A stretch of DNA of 64,000 nucleotides from Eledone cirrhosa (GCA_964016885.1 OZ024763.1:18290001-18354000), one strand, 5' to 3'. Numbered from the stretch's first letter, positions 37,545-50,964 are shown. Notes: a model not told the origin generated them from the sequence alone. Numbers and translations: made by a program.

Positions 37545-39113
37545 GCTTTCACTGTTGGTGTGTGTGTGAACACATGGATGTCTCTAAGTCTTATACTGTT
37601 GGTATGTAGCACACTGGTGTATGTGTATGTCTCAGAAGCTTATACTGTTAGTGTGCCAGTGTGTGAACGCATACATATCTTCGAGTCTAATGTGTGTGTG
37701 TGTGTGTGAACATGTGGGTGTCTCTGACCCTTATATTGTTGGTGTGGGTGTGTGTGTGAACATGTGGGTGTCTCTCAGCCTTATATTGTTGGTGTGTGTG
37801 TGTGTGTGAACATGTGGGTGTCTCTCAGCCTTATATTGGTGTGTGTGTCTGAACATGTGGGTGTCTCTCAGCCTTATATTGTTGGTGTGTGTGTGTGTGT
37901 GAACATGCGGGTGTCTCTGAGCCTTATATTGTTGGTGTGTGTGGGTGTGTGAACATGTGGGTGTCTCTGAGCCTTATATTGTTGGTGTGTGTGTGTCTGA
38001 ACATGTGGGTGTCTCTCAGCCTTATATTGTTGGTGTGTGTGTGTGTGAACATGTGGGTGTCACTGAGTCTTATATTGTTGGTGTGTGTGTGTGAACATGT
38101 GGGTGTCTCTCAGCCTTATATTTTGGTGTGTGTGTGTGAACATGTGGGTGTCTCTGAGCCTTATATTGGTGTGTGTGTGTGTGTGTGTCTGAACATGTGG
38201 GTGTCTCTCAGCCTTATATTGTTGGTGTGTGTGTGAACATGTGGGTGTCTCTGAGCCTTATATTGGTGTGTGTGTGTGTGTCTGAACATGTGGGTGTCTC
38301 TCAGCCTTATATTGTTGGTGTGTGTGTGAGTATGTGGGTGTCTCTCAGCCTTATAATGTTGGTGTGTGAACATGTGGGTGTCACTGAGTCTTACATTGTT
38401 GGTGTGTGAGTGTGAACATGTGGGTGTCACTGAGTCGTATATTGTTGGTGTGTGTGTGAACATGTGGGTGTCACTGAGTCTTATATTGTTGGTGTGTGTG
38501 TGTGTGAGTGTGAACATGTGGGTGTCACTGAATCTTATATTGTTGGTGTGTGTGTGTGAGTGTGAACATGTGGGTGTCACTGAGTCTTATATTGTCGGTG
38601 TGTGTGTGTGAGCATGTGGGTGTCACTGAGTCTTATATTGTTGGTGTGTGTGTGTGAGCATGTGGGTGTCACTGAGTCTTATATTGTTGGTGTGTGTGTG
38701 AACATGTGGGTGTCACTGAGTCGTATATTGTTGGTGTGTGTGTGTGAGTGTGATCATGTGGGTGTCACTGAGTCTTATATTGTTGGTGTGTGTGTGAACA
38801 TGTGGGTGTCACTGAGTCTTATAATGTTGGTGTGTGTGTGTGAGTGTGATCATGTGGGTGTCACTGAGTCTTATAATGTTGGTGTGTGAACATGTGGGTG
38901 TCACTGAGTCTTATAATGTTAGTGTGTGTGAGTGTGATCATGTGGGTGTCACTGAGTCTTATATTGTTGGTGTGTGTGTGAACATGTGGGTGTCACTGAG
39001 TCTTATAATGTTGGTGTGTGTGTGTGAGTGTGATCATATGGGTGTCACTGAGTCTTATATTGTTGGTGTGTGTGTGAACATGTGGGTGTCACTGAGTCGT
39101 ATATTGTTGGTGT
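37545..39113. repeat. Minisatellite of about 42-54 bp: fixed core plus variable (GT)n
   Basis: Core gaacatgtgggtgtc(t/a)ct(c/g)ag(c/t)cttatattgttg. Confidence 0.93.
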
Positions 39114-40047
39114 GAGCACACTGGTGTATGTATGTGTGTATGTCTGTGAGTGTGTGTATATACCCATGTGGCATATTTTTATGGCCGATACACAACGATC
39201 CTGTTGTTTTTACTGAACCCTAGGTCAACAACAACTCAACAGCTGCATAATTTAACAAGATGTTACCCAATATATTAATTATAGAAACAGTGTAACAGGT
39301 GGCCTTGTTCAAGAAACAATGGAAAGAAACAATGGAAACACACACAAAAGATTCACTGCATTGCCCTAGGCCCAGAACCCAATCATCCTTCTCCTCCCCA
39401 ATCTTCTGTGACACTAGAGTCCTTGCCATTCCTTCCCTTTTCCTGGGGTTTTTTGTCCTATTTTACATTCCATTCTTTCTTCTTGATCGAAATTTTTTTT
39501 TTTTTTTTTTTTTTTTCTATTAAATTATATTTACATGTCTTGAAAAAATGTTTATTTTACGTTTTAATAGAAATATGATTTGAAAAGAAGAAAAAGAACA
39601 ATTTTGATCTCCATTTTCTGTTCAATTCTCATTGCCGTGGTTTTCAAACTTCGAATTCTTTAATTTTGATCTTGTTTATCAATTCTATGAAAAGTTTGGA
39701 CCCTTTGTATTATAAAAACTCTGTGATTATATTTCAACATTGAAATACAAAGACAACAGCAGTAGGTGCGGCTGTGTGGTTAAAAGGTTCATCTCCTCAA
39801 ACTACATTGTTTTAAGTTCAATTCCACTGTACGGCGGCAAAGTATCTTCTACTATTGAATATGATTGACAAATGCTTTCGTCCAGTTTTTTTCATCTTTT
39901 TACTGGTCTGGTCAGGTCAGGTTAGTCTGCTACTGGTAACATGTAACCCAGTACAACCTGTTTCATGGTCGAGTGGTCGGCGACTAAACTGGATCCCTGC
40001 CACCACCACACCCTGGTCTGGAAAGGTCAGCCTGTTTACCATGTTTT

Positions 40048-43000
40048 CTACACGACCACTTTACAGTGTGGACTGGGTGCTTTTTGTTGTGTCTCCTACA
40101 CGACCACTTTACAGTGTGGACTTGGTGCTTTTTGTTGTCTCCTACACGACCACTTTACAGTGTCAACTGGGTGACTTTTGGTGTGTCACCTACATGACCA
40201 CTTTACAGTGTGGACTTGGTGCTTTTTGTTGTGACACACCTACACGACCACTTTAGTGTGCACTGGGTGCTTTTTGTTGTGACACACCTACACGACCACT
40301 TTACAGTGTGGATTGGGTGCTTTTTGTTGTGTCTCCTACACGACCTCTTTACAGTGTGGACTGGGTGCTTTTTGTTGTATCTCCTACATGACCACTTTAC
40401 AGTGTGGACTGGGTGCTTTTTGTTGTGTCTCCTACACAACCACTTTACAGTGTCAACTGGGTGACTTTTGGTGTGTCACCTACATGACCACTTTACAGTG
40501 TGGACTGGGTGCTTTTTGTTGGGTCTCCTACATGACCACTTTACAGTGTGGACTGGGTGCTTTTTGTCGTGTCTCCTACACGACCACTTTACAGTGTCAA
40601 CTGGGTGACTTTTGGTGTGTCACCTACATGACCACTTTACAGTGTGGACTGGGTGCTTTTTGTTGGGTCTCCTACATGACCACTTTACAGTGTGGACTGG
40701 GTGCTTTTTGTTGGGTCTCCTACATGACCACTTTACAGTGTGGACTGGGTGCTTTTTGTTGGGTCTCCTACACGACCACTTTACAGTGTGGACTGGGTGC
40801 TTTTTGTTGTGACACACCTACATGACCACTTTACAGTGTGGACTGGGTGCTTTTTGTTGTATCACATACACGACCACTTTACAGTGTCAACTGGGTGACT
40901 TTTGGTGTGTCACCTACATGACCACTTTACAGTGTGGACTTGGTGCTTTTTGTTGTATCTCCTACACAACCACTTTACAGTGTCAACTGGGTGACTTTTG
41001 GTGTGTCACCTACATGACTACTTTACAGTGTGGACTGGGTGCTTTTTGTTGGGTCTCCAACACGACCACTTTACAGTGTGGATTGGGTGTTTTTTGTTGT
41101 ATCTCCTACACGACCACTTTCCAGTGTCAACTGGGTGACTTTTGGTGTGTCACCTACATGACCACTTTACAGTGTGGACTGGGTGCTTTTTGTTGGGTCT
41201 CCTACATGACCACTTTACAGTGTGGACTGGGTGCTTTTTGTTGTGACACCTACATGACCACTTTACAGTGTGGACTGGGTGATTTTTGTTGTGATACCTA
41301 CACAACCACTTTACAGTGTGGACTTGGTGCTTTTTGTCATGACACCTACTCAACCACTTTACTGTGTGGACTGGGTGCTTTTTGTTGTCTCCTACACGAC
41401 CACTTTACAGTGTGGACTGGGTGCTTTTTGTTGTGACACCTACATGACCACTTTACAGTGTGGACTTGGTGCTTTTTGTCATGACACCTACACAACCACT
41501 TTACAGTGTGGACTGGGTGACTTTTGCTGTGACACCTACATGACCACTTTACAGTGTGGACTGGGTGCTTTTTGTTGTGTCTCCTACACGACCACTTTAC
41601 AGTGTGGACTGGGTGCTTTTTTTGTGACACCTACATGACCACTTTACAGTGTGGACTGGGTGCTTTTTGTTGACACTTACACAACCACTTTACAGTGTGG
41701 ACTGGGTGCTTTTTGTTGACACTTACACAACCACTTTACAGTGTGGACTGGGTGCTTTTTGTTGTGACACCTACACAACCACTTTACAGTGTGGACTGGG
41801 TGCTTTTTGTTGTGTCTCCTACATGACCACTTTACAGTGTGGACTGGGTGCTTTTTGTTGTGTCTCCTACATGACCACTTTACAGTGTGGACTGGGTGCT
41901 TTTTGTTGTCTCTTACATGACCACTTTACAGTGTGGACTGGGTGCTTTTTGTTGGGTCTCCTACATGACCACTTTACAGTGTGGACTGGGTGCTTTTTGT
42001 TGTGTTTACTACATGACCACTTTACAGTGTGGACTGGGTGCTTTTTGTGTCTCCTATATGACCACTTTACAGTGTGGACTGGGTGCTTTTTGTTGGGTCT
42101 CCTACATGACCACTTTACAGTGTGGACTGGGTGCTTTTTGTTGTGACACCTACATGACCACTTTACAGTGTGGACTGGGTGATTTTTGTTGTGATACCTA
42201 CACAACCACTTTACAGTGTGGACTTGGTGCTTTTTGTCATGACACCTACTCAACCACTTTACTGTGTGGACTGGGTGCTTTTTGTTGTCTCCTACACGAC
42301 CACTTTACAGTGTGGACTGGGTGCTTTTTGTTGTGACACCTACATGACCACTTTACAGTGTGGACTTGGTGCTTTTTGTCATGACACCTACAACCACTTT
42401 ACAGTGTGGACTGGGTGACTTTTGCTGTGACACCTACATGACCACTTTACAGTGTGGACTGGGTGCTTTTTGTTGTGTCTCCTACACGACCACTTTACAG
42501 TGTGGACTGGGTGCTTTTTTTGTGACACCTACATGACCACTTTACAGTGTGGACTGGGTGCTTTTTGTTGACACTTACACAACTACTTTACAGTGTGGAC
42601 TGGGTGCTTTTTGTTGTGACACCTACACAACCACTTTACAGTGTGGACTGGGTGCTTTTTGTTGTGTCTCCTACATGACCACTTTACAGTGTGGACTGGG
42701 TGCTTTTTGTTGTGTCTCCTACATGACCACTTTACAGTGTGGACTGGGTGCTTTTTGTTGTGTCTCCTACATGACCACTTTACAGTGTGGACTGGGTGCT
42801 TTTTGTTGTCTCCTACATGACCACTTTACAGTGTGGACTGGGTGCTTTTTGTTGTGTCTACTACATGACCACTTTACAGTGTGGACTGGGTGCTTTTTGT
42901 GTCTCCTATATGACCACTTTACAGTGTGGACTGGGTGCTTTTTGTTGGGTTTCCTACATGACCACTTTACAGTGTGGACTGGGTGCTTTTTGTTGTGACA

Positions 43001-43160
43001 TCTACACAACCACTTTACAGTGTGGACTGGGTGATTTTTGTTGTGTCTCCTACATGACCACTTTACAGTGTGGATTGGGTGCTTTTTGTTGTGTCTCCTA
43101 CACAACCACTTTACAGTGTGGACTGGGTGATTTTTGTTGACACCTACATGACCACTTTAC
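40048..43160 (+). repeat. 48-bp minisatellite, about 65 copies, derived from the SINE internal unit
   Basis: Unit ctacatgaccactttacagtgtggactgggtgctttttgttgtgtctc. Contains a higher-order duplication with about 900-bp offset. Confidence 0.96.
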
Positions 43161-43702
43161 ATTATCACAATAATGCTACCACTTAAAATATAATCTTGCT
43201 GAAAATATATCACCAAAATTTAATAAGCGGAGTGTGGGAGGTAATAAGAGTGGGGGAGGGTGTTGGAAAAAAATCTAAAAAATTAATAAGCGGGAGGGTA
43301 AACAATTATTCAAGACCTGAGAGTAGGTGCACTGGTACTTTATCCATCAGTTTACCAATTCTATCAGCCCCCCACCCTTTGATATCATATAAATATTGAA
43401 AAAAAAAAATATGGCAAAAATCATTCTTCCATCTACTATATAGTAAAATGTTAAACTATTGTTTTAAAAAAAAGAGAAAATGAAATAAAATAAAAACTAA
43501 AAAAAAAAGAAAGAATATACAAAAATAAAATCGAAATAAAATAAAAGATAAAAATATTTTTAACGACCAAGTTTTTAAAACAAAAGAATGGAATGTTTTG
43601 TGTCAAGTTGTTTTGGTTTCAGACTTTTTCATTAAAATAATTTTGAAAAACCCACAGAAAAAAACAAAGCAAAACAACATAACATTATTAATGAAACCAT
43701 CA

Positions 43703-44283
43703 TCTATATATCTAAAACAGAGAATGTCTGTCTGACTCCCTAAAACTCGAAAACCACCCAACCGATTGTTTTCAAACTTAACACGTAATACTTATGGTTC
43801 TATGAGTGTTTTGAGCAAAAATATTTCAAATTTTCAATGCCCTAGAGACCGCATTAGGCGATTTAGCGATCTCTCTCTATAATTCTTACTCTTTCTTTTT
43901 AGATAGATACATAGATATAACGTGTCTGCATTACGACATTATGACGCTATATGTGTGTGTATATATATGTATATATAGTGTGTGTGTGTGTATATATATC
44001 TAGTGTGTAACGTTTTTCGAAATATTTACTTGTGTGTTCACAGATTGAATTTTTTTAGTTTCAGAAGATCCCGTTAAGGGTGAAAGCAGCAATTCTTTGC
44101 TTAAACTTTAATCTGTTATTTTAATATATATATATTATATATTCGTGTACAGATATTTTTGCATACACAATAACAAAATATAAACAAACGTATTTATTTC
44201 ACGAGGCTCGATAAGGATAAATATATATCAAATATATAAGAGCCCTAGAGCAAATCCCGAGCAACGCCGGGCCATTCTGCTAG
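43703..44283 (+). mobile_element. Non-autonomous Helitron
   Basis: 5' TCTATATATC..., subterminal hairpin cccgagcaacgccggg, 3' CTAG, inserted between A and T with no TSD. Confidence 0.85.
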
Positions 44284-44649
44284 TTATAACTATCATAGCA
44301 TCATAATAGATTAATAGTGATGATGAGGATAATGGAGGTGCTGCTGCGGTAGTGGTGATAGTGATAATGATGGTGGTGGTAGTAGTGGTGCAGATGGTGG
44401 GGTGGGTGGTGGCGGCGGGGTGGTAGTGGTGATGATGATGGTGGTGGTGTGGTAGTGGTGATGACGATGATATACACAACCTTTTAAAAAATGGCAGCAA
44501 CAAAATAAAAATATATATATATACACACATATATATATATCATCATCATCATCATCATCAGGTTTAGCGTCCGTGTTCCACGCTTGCATGGGTTTGGAAT
44601 ATATATAGATCTAATTTAGTTTCTTCTATTAATTATCACTTAGCCATGT

Positions 44650-45145
44650 AAGGTGGTCGTGTTGGTGACATGACAAAAAGTACCCAGTCTACCCTGAAAG
44701 GTAGTCTTGTTGGCGACACAACAAAAGACACCCAGTCCACCCTGCAAAGTGGTCATGTTGATGACAAGACAAAAAGCACCCAGGCTACCTCGTTAGGCTG
44801 TCATGTTGGTGACACAACAAAAAGCACCCTGTCCATCCTGTAAAGTGGTTGTGTTGATGACACAACAAATAGCATGCAGCCCACCCTGTAAGGTGATTAT
44901 GTAGATGACGCAACAAAAAGCACCCAGTACACCCTGTAAAGTGATCGTGTTATTGACACAACAAAAACCATGCAGTCCACCCTGTAAGATGATCATGTTG
45001 GTGACACGACAAAAGGTAGCCAGACCACCCTGTAAAGTGATCGTGTTGAGGACATAACAAAAAGCACAGTCCACTTTGTAAACTGGTCGTGTAGGTGACA
45101 CAACAAAAAGCACCTAGTACATCCTGTAAAGTGATTGTGTTGGTT
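44650..45145 (-). repeat. Degenerate 48-bp array (about 10 units), reverse orientation to the 40-43 kb array
   Basis: aaaaagcacccagtccaccctgtaaagtggtc units. Confidence 0.88.
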
Positions 45146-45172
45146 ACCATAAGAAAAACTCTGAATACTTAC

Positions 45173-45251
45173 ATCATCACTGTCATCACCAAAAATACTG
45201 GGTTTTCCTCGAACAAATCCATTCTGTTTCTTTGAAAAGAACAATCCATAT
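45173..45251 (-). CDS. NSRP1: NSRP1 exon 2: (R)YGLFFSKKQNGFVRGKPSIFGDDSDD
   Basis: YGL...K...KPS.FG.DSDD is the NSRP1 N-terminal motif. tcttttag acceptor, gtaagt donor, 79 nt. Confidence 0.94.
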
Positions 45252-45304
45252 CTAAAAGATAAAGTTACAGAATGTAATTATATATAACAAAAAAAATGGT
45301 TACT

Positions 45305-45344
<40 letters not shown>

Positions 45345-45377
45345 CATACACATGCATGCACTCACATATATACACAT

Positions 45378-46370
45378 AAAAGGTACCAAAAACCCACCCT
45401 GTAAATTGGTCATGTTGATGACAAGACAAAAAGCACCTGGTCCACCCTGTAAAATGGTCATGTTGGTGACATGACAAAAAGCACCCAGAGACCACCCTGT
45501 AAAGTGGTCATGTTGGTCAAACGACAAAAAGCACCCAGAGACCACCCTGTAAAGTGGTCATGTTGGTCAAACGACAAAAAGCACCCGCTCCATCCTGTAA
45601 AGTGGTCATGTTGGTGACACGACAAAAAGCACCTGGTCCACCCTGTAAAGTGATCATGTTGGTGACATGACAAAAAGCACCTGGTCCACCCTGCAAAGTG
45701 GTCATGTTGGTGACACAACAAAAAGCACATGGTCCACCCTGTAAAATGGTCATGTTGGTCACACGACAAAAAGCACCCGCTCCATCCTGTAAAGTGGTCA
45801 TGTTGGTGACACGACAAAAAGCACCTGGTCCACCCTGTAAAGTGATCATGTTGGTGACATGACAAAAAACACCTGGTCCACCCTGCAAAGTGGTCATGTT
45901 GGTGACACGACAAAAAGCACCTGGTCCACCCTGTAAATTGGTCATGTTCGTGACATGACAAAAAGCACCCGCTCCACTCTGTAAATTGGTCGTGTTGGTA
46001 ACACAATAAAAAGCACCTGGTCCATCCTGTAAATATGGTTGCGTTGGTGCGATGACAAAAAGTTCCTGGTCCATCCTGTAAATGTGGTTGCGTTGGTGCG
46101 ATGACAAAAAGTTCCTGGTCCATCCTGTAAGGTGGTTGCGTTGGTGCCATGACAAAAAGTACCCAGTCCACTCTGTAAAGTGGTCATGTTGCTGACATGA
46201 CAAAAAGTACCCAGTCCACCTTGTAAATTGGTTGTGTTGGTGACACGACAAAAAGTACCTAGTCCACCCTATAAGGTGGCAGTACTGGTACAACAAAAAA
46301 CACTGCAGTTAACCCTATAGGTGGTAGCACCGGTGCCACAATATAAAGCACCCAGTCCATCTGGTAAGGT
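45378..46370 (-). repeat. 48-bp array (about 20 units), reverse orientation to the 40-43 kb array
   Basis: gacaaaaagcacctggtccaccctgtaaagtggtcatgttggtgac units. Confidence 0.92.
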
Positions 46371-46499
46371 GATAAAGGCCTGCTAAACCAGCAAAGGCAT
46401 GAGCTGTTAATGTTATCTTTTTATCCAAATTGACCTCAATTTTGAATTCCAAAGTAAGGAGTTGAAACGAATGCCATAAGGACTTTTTCTGACAATCAA

Positions 46500-48540
46500 A
46501 CAATTCTAATAATAATTGTTTCTACTTTTGGCACAAGGCCAGCAATTGTTCCAGTGCATTACTGGTACTTTATTTTATCTACCCTGTAAGAATGAAAGGC
46601 AAAGTTAACCTCGGCAGGATTTGAACTCAGATCATAAAGGGCCGTAACTCTATGCTGCAAAGCATGGTGTCGAACCCGCTACCAATACTGCCAATCCACA
46701 ACCCTAATAATAATAATAAGTGTTTCTACTTTAGGCACAAGGCCAACAATTTGAAGGGAAGGGAAAAGTTGATTAAATCGACCCCCAAAGCATTACTGGT
46801 ACTTTATTTCATCAACCCTGTAAGGATGAAAGGCTAAGCTAGCCTCAGTGGGATTTGAACTTAGAACATAAAGGGCCGTAAGTATTTGACACAAAGCATG
46901 TTGTCTAACGCTCTACCGATTCTGCCAATTAATAATTGTTTCTACTTTAGGCGCAAGGCCAGCAATTACCCAGAGTGCATTACTGGTACTTTATTTTATC
47001 GACCCTGTAAGGATGAAAGGCAAAGTCAACCTCGGCGAGATTTGAACTCAGATCATAAAGGGACGTAACTCTATGCTGGAAAGCATGGCGTCCGACCCTC
47101 TACCGATACTGCCAATCCACCACCAATTAATAATGGTTTTTTATATAGGCACAAGGCCAGTAATTTGAGGGGAGGGGAAAGTCGATTAAATCGACCCCAG
47201 TGCGTGACTGGTACTTTATTTTATCGACCCCGTAAGGATGAAAGGCAAAGTTAACCTCGGCGGAATTTGAGCTCAGATCATAAAGAGCCGTAACTCTATG
47301 CTGCAAAGCATGGCGTCCGACCCTCTACCGATACTGCCAGTCCACCGCCCTTCTGCCAATTAATAATAATAGTAATAATTTCTACATTTGGCACAAGGAC
47401 AGCAATTTAGGGGGTCGGGAAAAGTCAATTAAATCAACAACAGTTGACTGGTGTTTTATTTCATCAACCCCGTAAGGATGAAAGGCAAGGTTAACTGTGG
47501 CAGGATTTTAACAGAGGACATAACTATATGGTGCCTGTCACTCTACCGATTCTATTACCAATCCTCCGACCCTAAACAATTCTAATAATAATTGTTTCTA
47601 CTAGGCACAAAGCTAGCAAATTAAAGGGAAAGAGGATAGTCAATTAAACCAACCTCAGTATATTACTGGTGCTTTATCGACCCCATAAGGATGAAAGGCG
47701 AGGTTAACCATCGCAGGATTTGAACACAGAACGTAAAAGGCTGGAAAAAAATATGTTAAGTCATTTTCCCTGGAGCCCCAACAATTCTAATAATAATTGT
47801 TTCTACTTTTGGCACAAAGCCAGCAATTATCCCAGTGTATTACTGGTACTTAAGGATGAAAGGCAAAGTTAACCTCGGATGGTTTCTGATTTAGGCCAAC
47901 AATTTTAGAGTAGGGGAAAGCCGACTAAATCGAGCCCAGTGCATTACTAGTACTTTATTTTATTGATCCCGTAATGAGGTCACCCTTGGCAGGATTTGAA
48001 TACAGGACGTAAAGGAACTTAACTATATGGTGCAAAGGATGTTGCCCGTCGCTCTATCGGTTCTTGATAAGGTATTGTTCTCAAAATAAATACTTTCAAA
48101 ATCTCATATATTATGCGAGATAATATGTGAGATAATTATGCGAGGTAAAGCCTTTACCATGAAAATATAATAGTATATATAGAGTAATGTGAATGCTAAA
48201 TGGTTAAATCGACTCCAGTATGTTACTGGTACTTTATTTTATCGACCCCAGAGGATGAAATGCGAAGGTTAACCATACAGGTTTTTAACAACAAAAAAAA
48301 AAATACGCTGAAGCATTTTCCCTGACGCTCCAACGATTCTAATAATGGCTTCTGATTTAAGCACAAGGCCAACAATAGGGGGTGACTAAATCGACCCCAG
48401 TGCATTACTGGTACTTTATTTTATCGACCCCATAAGGACGAAAAGCAAGGTTAACCTTGGCAGGACACAGGGCGTAAAAGGCCTAAATAAATAAATACGT
48501 TCAAGTATTTTCCCTGGCGCTCCAACGATTCTAATAATAA
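46500..48540 (-). mobile_element. Head-to-tail cluster of about 10 tRNA-derived SINE copies and fragments
   Basis: Repeated ggcacaaggccagcaat...ctggtactttattttatcgacccc...ggatttgaac blocks, all in one orientation. Confidence 0.88.
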
Positions 48541-48991
48541 AAAAAATATTAATAATATCCACTATAGAGTTCCAAACATACAAATATAAACATATTCTAA
48601 ACAAATAAAATTCCCTCAAGGAGTCATTTGTTTTCCCCTATTTTTCATCGCTCGACTGGCGCCATGCTGTTAAGTGTCAGATCTCGTGAGATATTTGTTG
48701 AATAAAAACTGAGTTTGTTGTTTGGTATATTAAAACTTTGTATATCATATTGTAGGGGGTAGTGGAAATAACAAACTAGTACAGCTGTAGTAGCATGCAT
48801 GCCTTATCTGTAGGATAGGGTGGTAGACGGGGATAGAGAAACATTAGATATGTACAAATTGCTAGCGGGTAGGGAGGACTACTTTACTGAAAGTGAAAAC
48901 GGTAATCGAAACCCTTACTGCAGAATCGGGATTGACAGTGGGTCGAAAACTAACTAACTCACTCCTTCAACAAACATACATGGCTATAATA

Positions 48992-49025
<34 letters not shown>

Positions 49026-49031
<6 letters not shown>

Positions 49032-49270
49032 ATTAAATAAATGGAAACTATATTTATAAAACCATATTTATTTCATTATATATATTTCGGGGATATCATA
49101 TTAACAATATGCTATGCCTTCCTCAGACAAAATACAATATAAACAGTTTTATAGATAATGTATTTTGTCTGAGGAAGGCATAGCATATTGTTAATATGAT
49201 ATGCTCCGAAATATATATAATGAAATAAATATGGTTTTATAAATATAGTTTCCATTTATTTAATATTGTA
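49026..49270. repeat. Near-perfect inverted repeat (about 111-bp arms, 22-nt spacer), Penelope-like
   Basis: 49026-49136 is the reverse complement of 49159-49270 apart from about 3 differences. Arms contain ctgaggaaggcata...ccgaaa. Confidence 0.92.
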
Positions 49271-49368
49271 AATATACTCCAAATATTTGTCGAGTGCTTT
49301 TATATCAGTTATAAATATTTACTAGTTGTAACCCAACAATTTTAAATATAACTTTCCATATATACACA

Positions 49369-49471
49369 CAGGATGTCCCAAAGAAATGTATACACACTTC
49401 AACAGGATTCTAATAAAAAAACTGCCTGTACAGATAATCAAAGTGTGTATATGTTTTTTGGGGACACCTTG
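49369..49471. mobile_element. Tc1/mariner-type MITE of about 100 bp
   Basis: TIR cagg(a/g)tgtcccaaa..aatgtatacacactt. Inverted second copy at 53684-53782. Confidence 0.75.
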
Positions 49472-49749
49472 TGTGTGTGTACATATATATATGTGTGTGT
49501 GCACATATATATATGTGTGTGTATATATGTGTGTGTATATATATATAATTGGAAATCGGTAAAATCTAATCTCTGGCGGTTTGCAAGTGAATTCGGCCTA
49601 CTTATATGAAGTGATGAGTTAACAAAGCACTCGATAAGATAGGTCCTTAGAGTAATAACATACGTTTAAAAAGCTTGACAAATCGAACATTGTGGTAGGC
49701 TAAACTAACACACAATATGTATACCAGAGCAACGATAGAACTAATCAGG

Positions 49750-49805
<56 letters not shown>

Positions 49806-50325
49806 ATAATAAATTTGAAGACTAAATCCAAAGAGGGCTCGATAAGGATAAATATATATAAAATATATAAGAACCGTAGAGCAAATGTTTATTAAAATAA
49901 CAGATTATAGTTTAAGCAAAGAATCGCTGCTTTCACCCTTAACGGGATCATCTGAAGATCCCGTTAAGGGTGAAATCCATGCTCAACCTATTGCAAGAGA
50001 GTTTAATCACTATAAATAAAGTTCCATACACTTAACATGTATGTGTGACCTTATGTTTATGTTTGGGAGTCCAGTTATGGCCACCACTGTATAATGGATG
50101 AGCCGCTTCAACTTTAGCCCCCTCATCGACCGCTAGAATACATATAACAGTCGATTTTCAAGATCCCAGATCTCATTCGCTTAACGAGTGGGGTGGAGCT
50201 CGTCAAATCAAACAATTGCTAATATTATCTACCTATCGCAAATCCAGGTAGAAAGAGCAACGTGAAAATAAAGTGTCTTCCTCAAGGACATAACGCATTA
50301 CCCGATCCGGGAATCGAACTCACAA

Positions 50326-50503
50326 CTCTGCACCCAAACATATATCAAGTACTACTCCGATTTGTGGTTTCCCCGGTCTACGAACCGTGAACACACACAT
50401 ACATACATACATACATATATATATATATATACACACACACTCTTCACCCAAACATATATCAAGTACTACTCCAATTTGTGGTTTCCCCGGTCTACGAACC
50501 GTG

Positions 50504-50580
<77 letters not shown>

Positions 50581-50650
50581 TCTGCACCCAAACATATATC
50601 AAGTACTACTCCAATTTGTGGTTTCCCCGGTCTACGAACCGTGAACACAC

Positions 50651-50705
<55 letters not shown>

Positions 50706-50933
50706 CTTCACCCAAACATATATCAAGTACTACTCCAATTTGTGGTTTCCCCGGTCTACGAACCGTGAACACACACATACATACATATATATATATATAC
50801 ACACACACACTCTTCACCCAAACATATATCAAGTACTACTCCGAATTGTGGTTTCCCCGGTCTACGAACCGTGAACACATACATACATATATTTTTTTCA
50901 TCATTTTACGTCCGCTTTTCCCTGCTTGCATAC

Positions 50934-50964
<31 letters not shown>

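Noticed and set aside
39855-46296. Cys-rich repeat proteins (TTLQCGLGAFCC, HDHFTGW)
   Set aside because: Translations of the SINE-derived 48-bp unit with frequent frameshifting indels.
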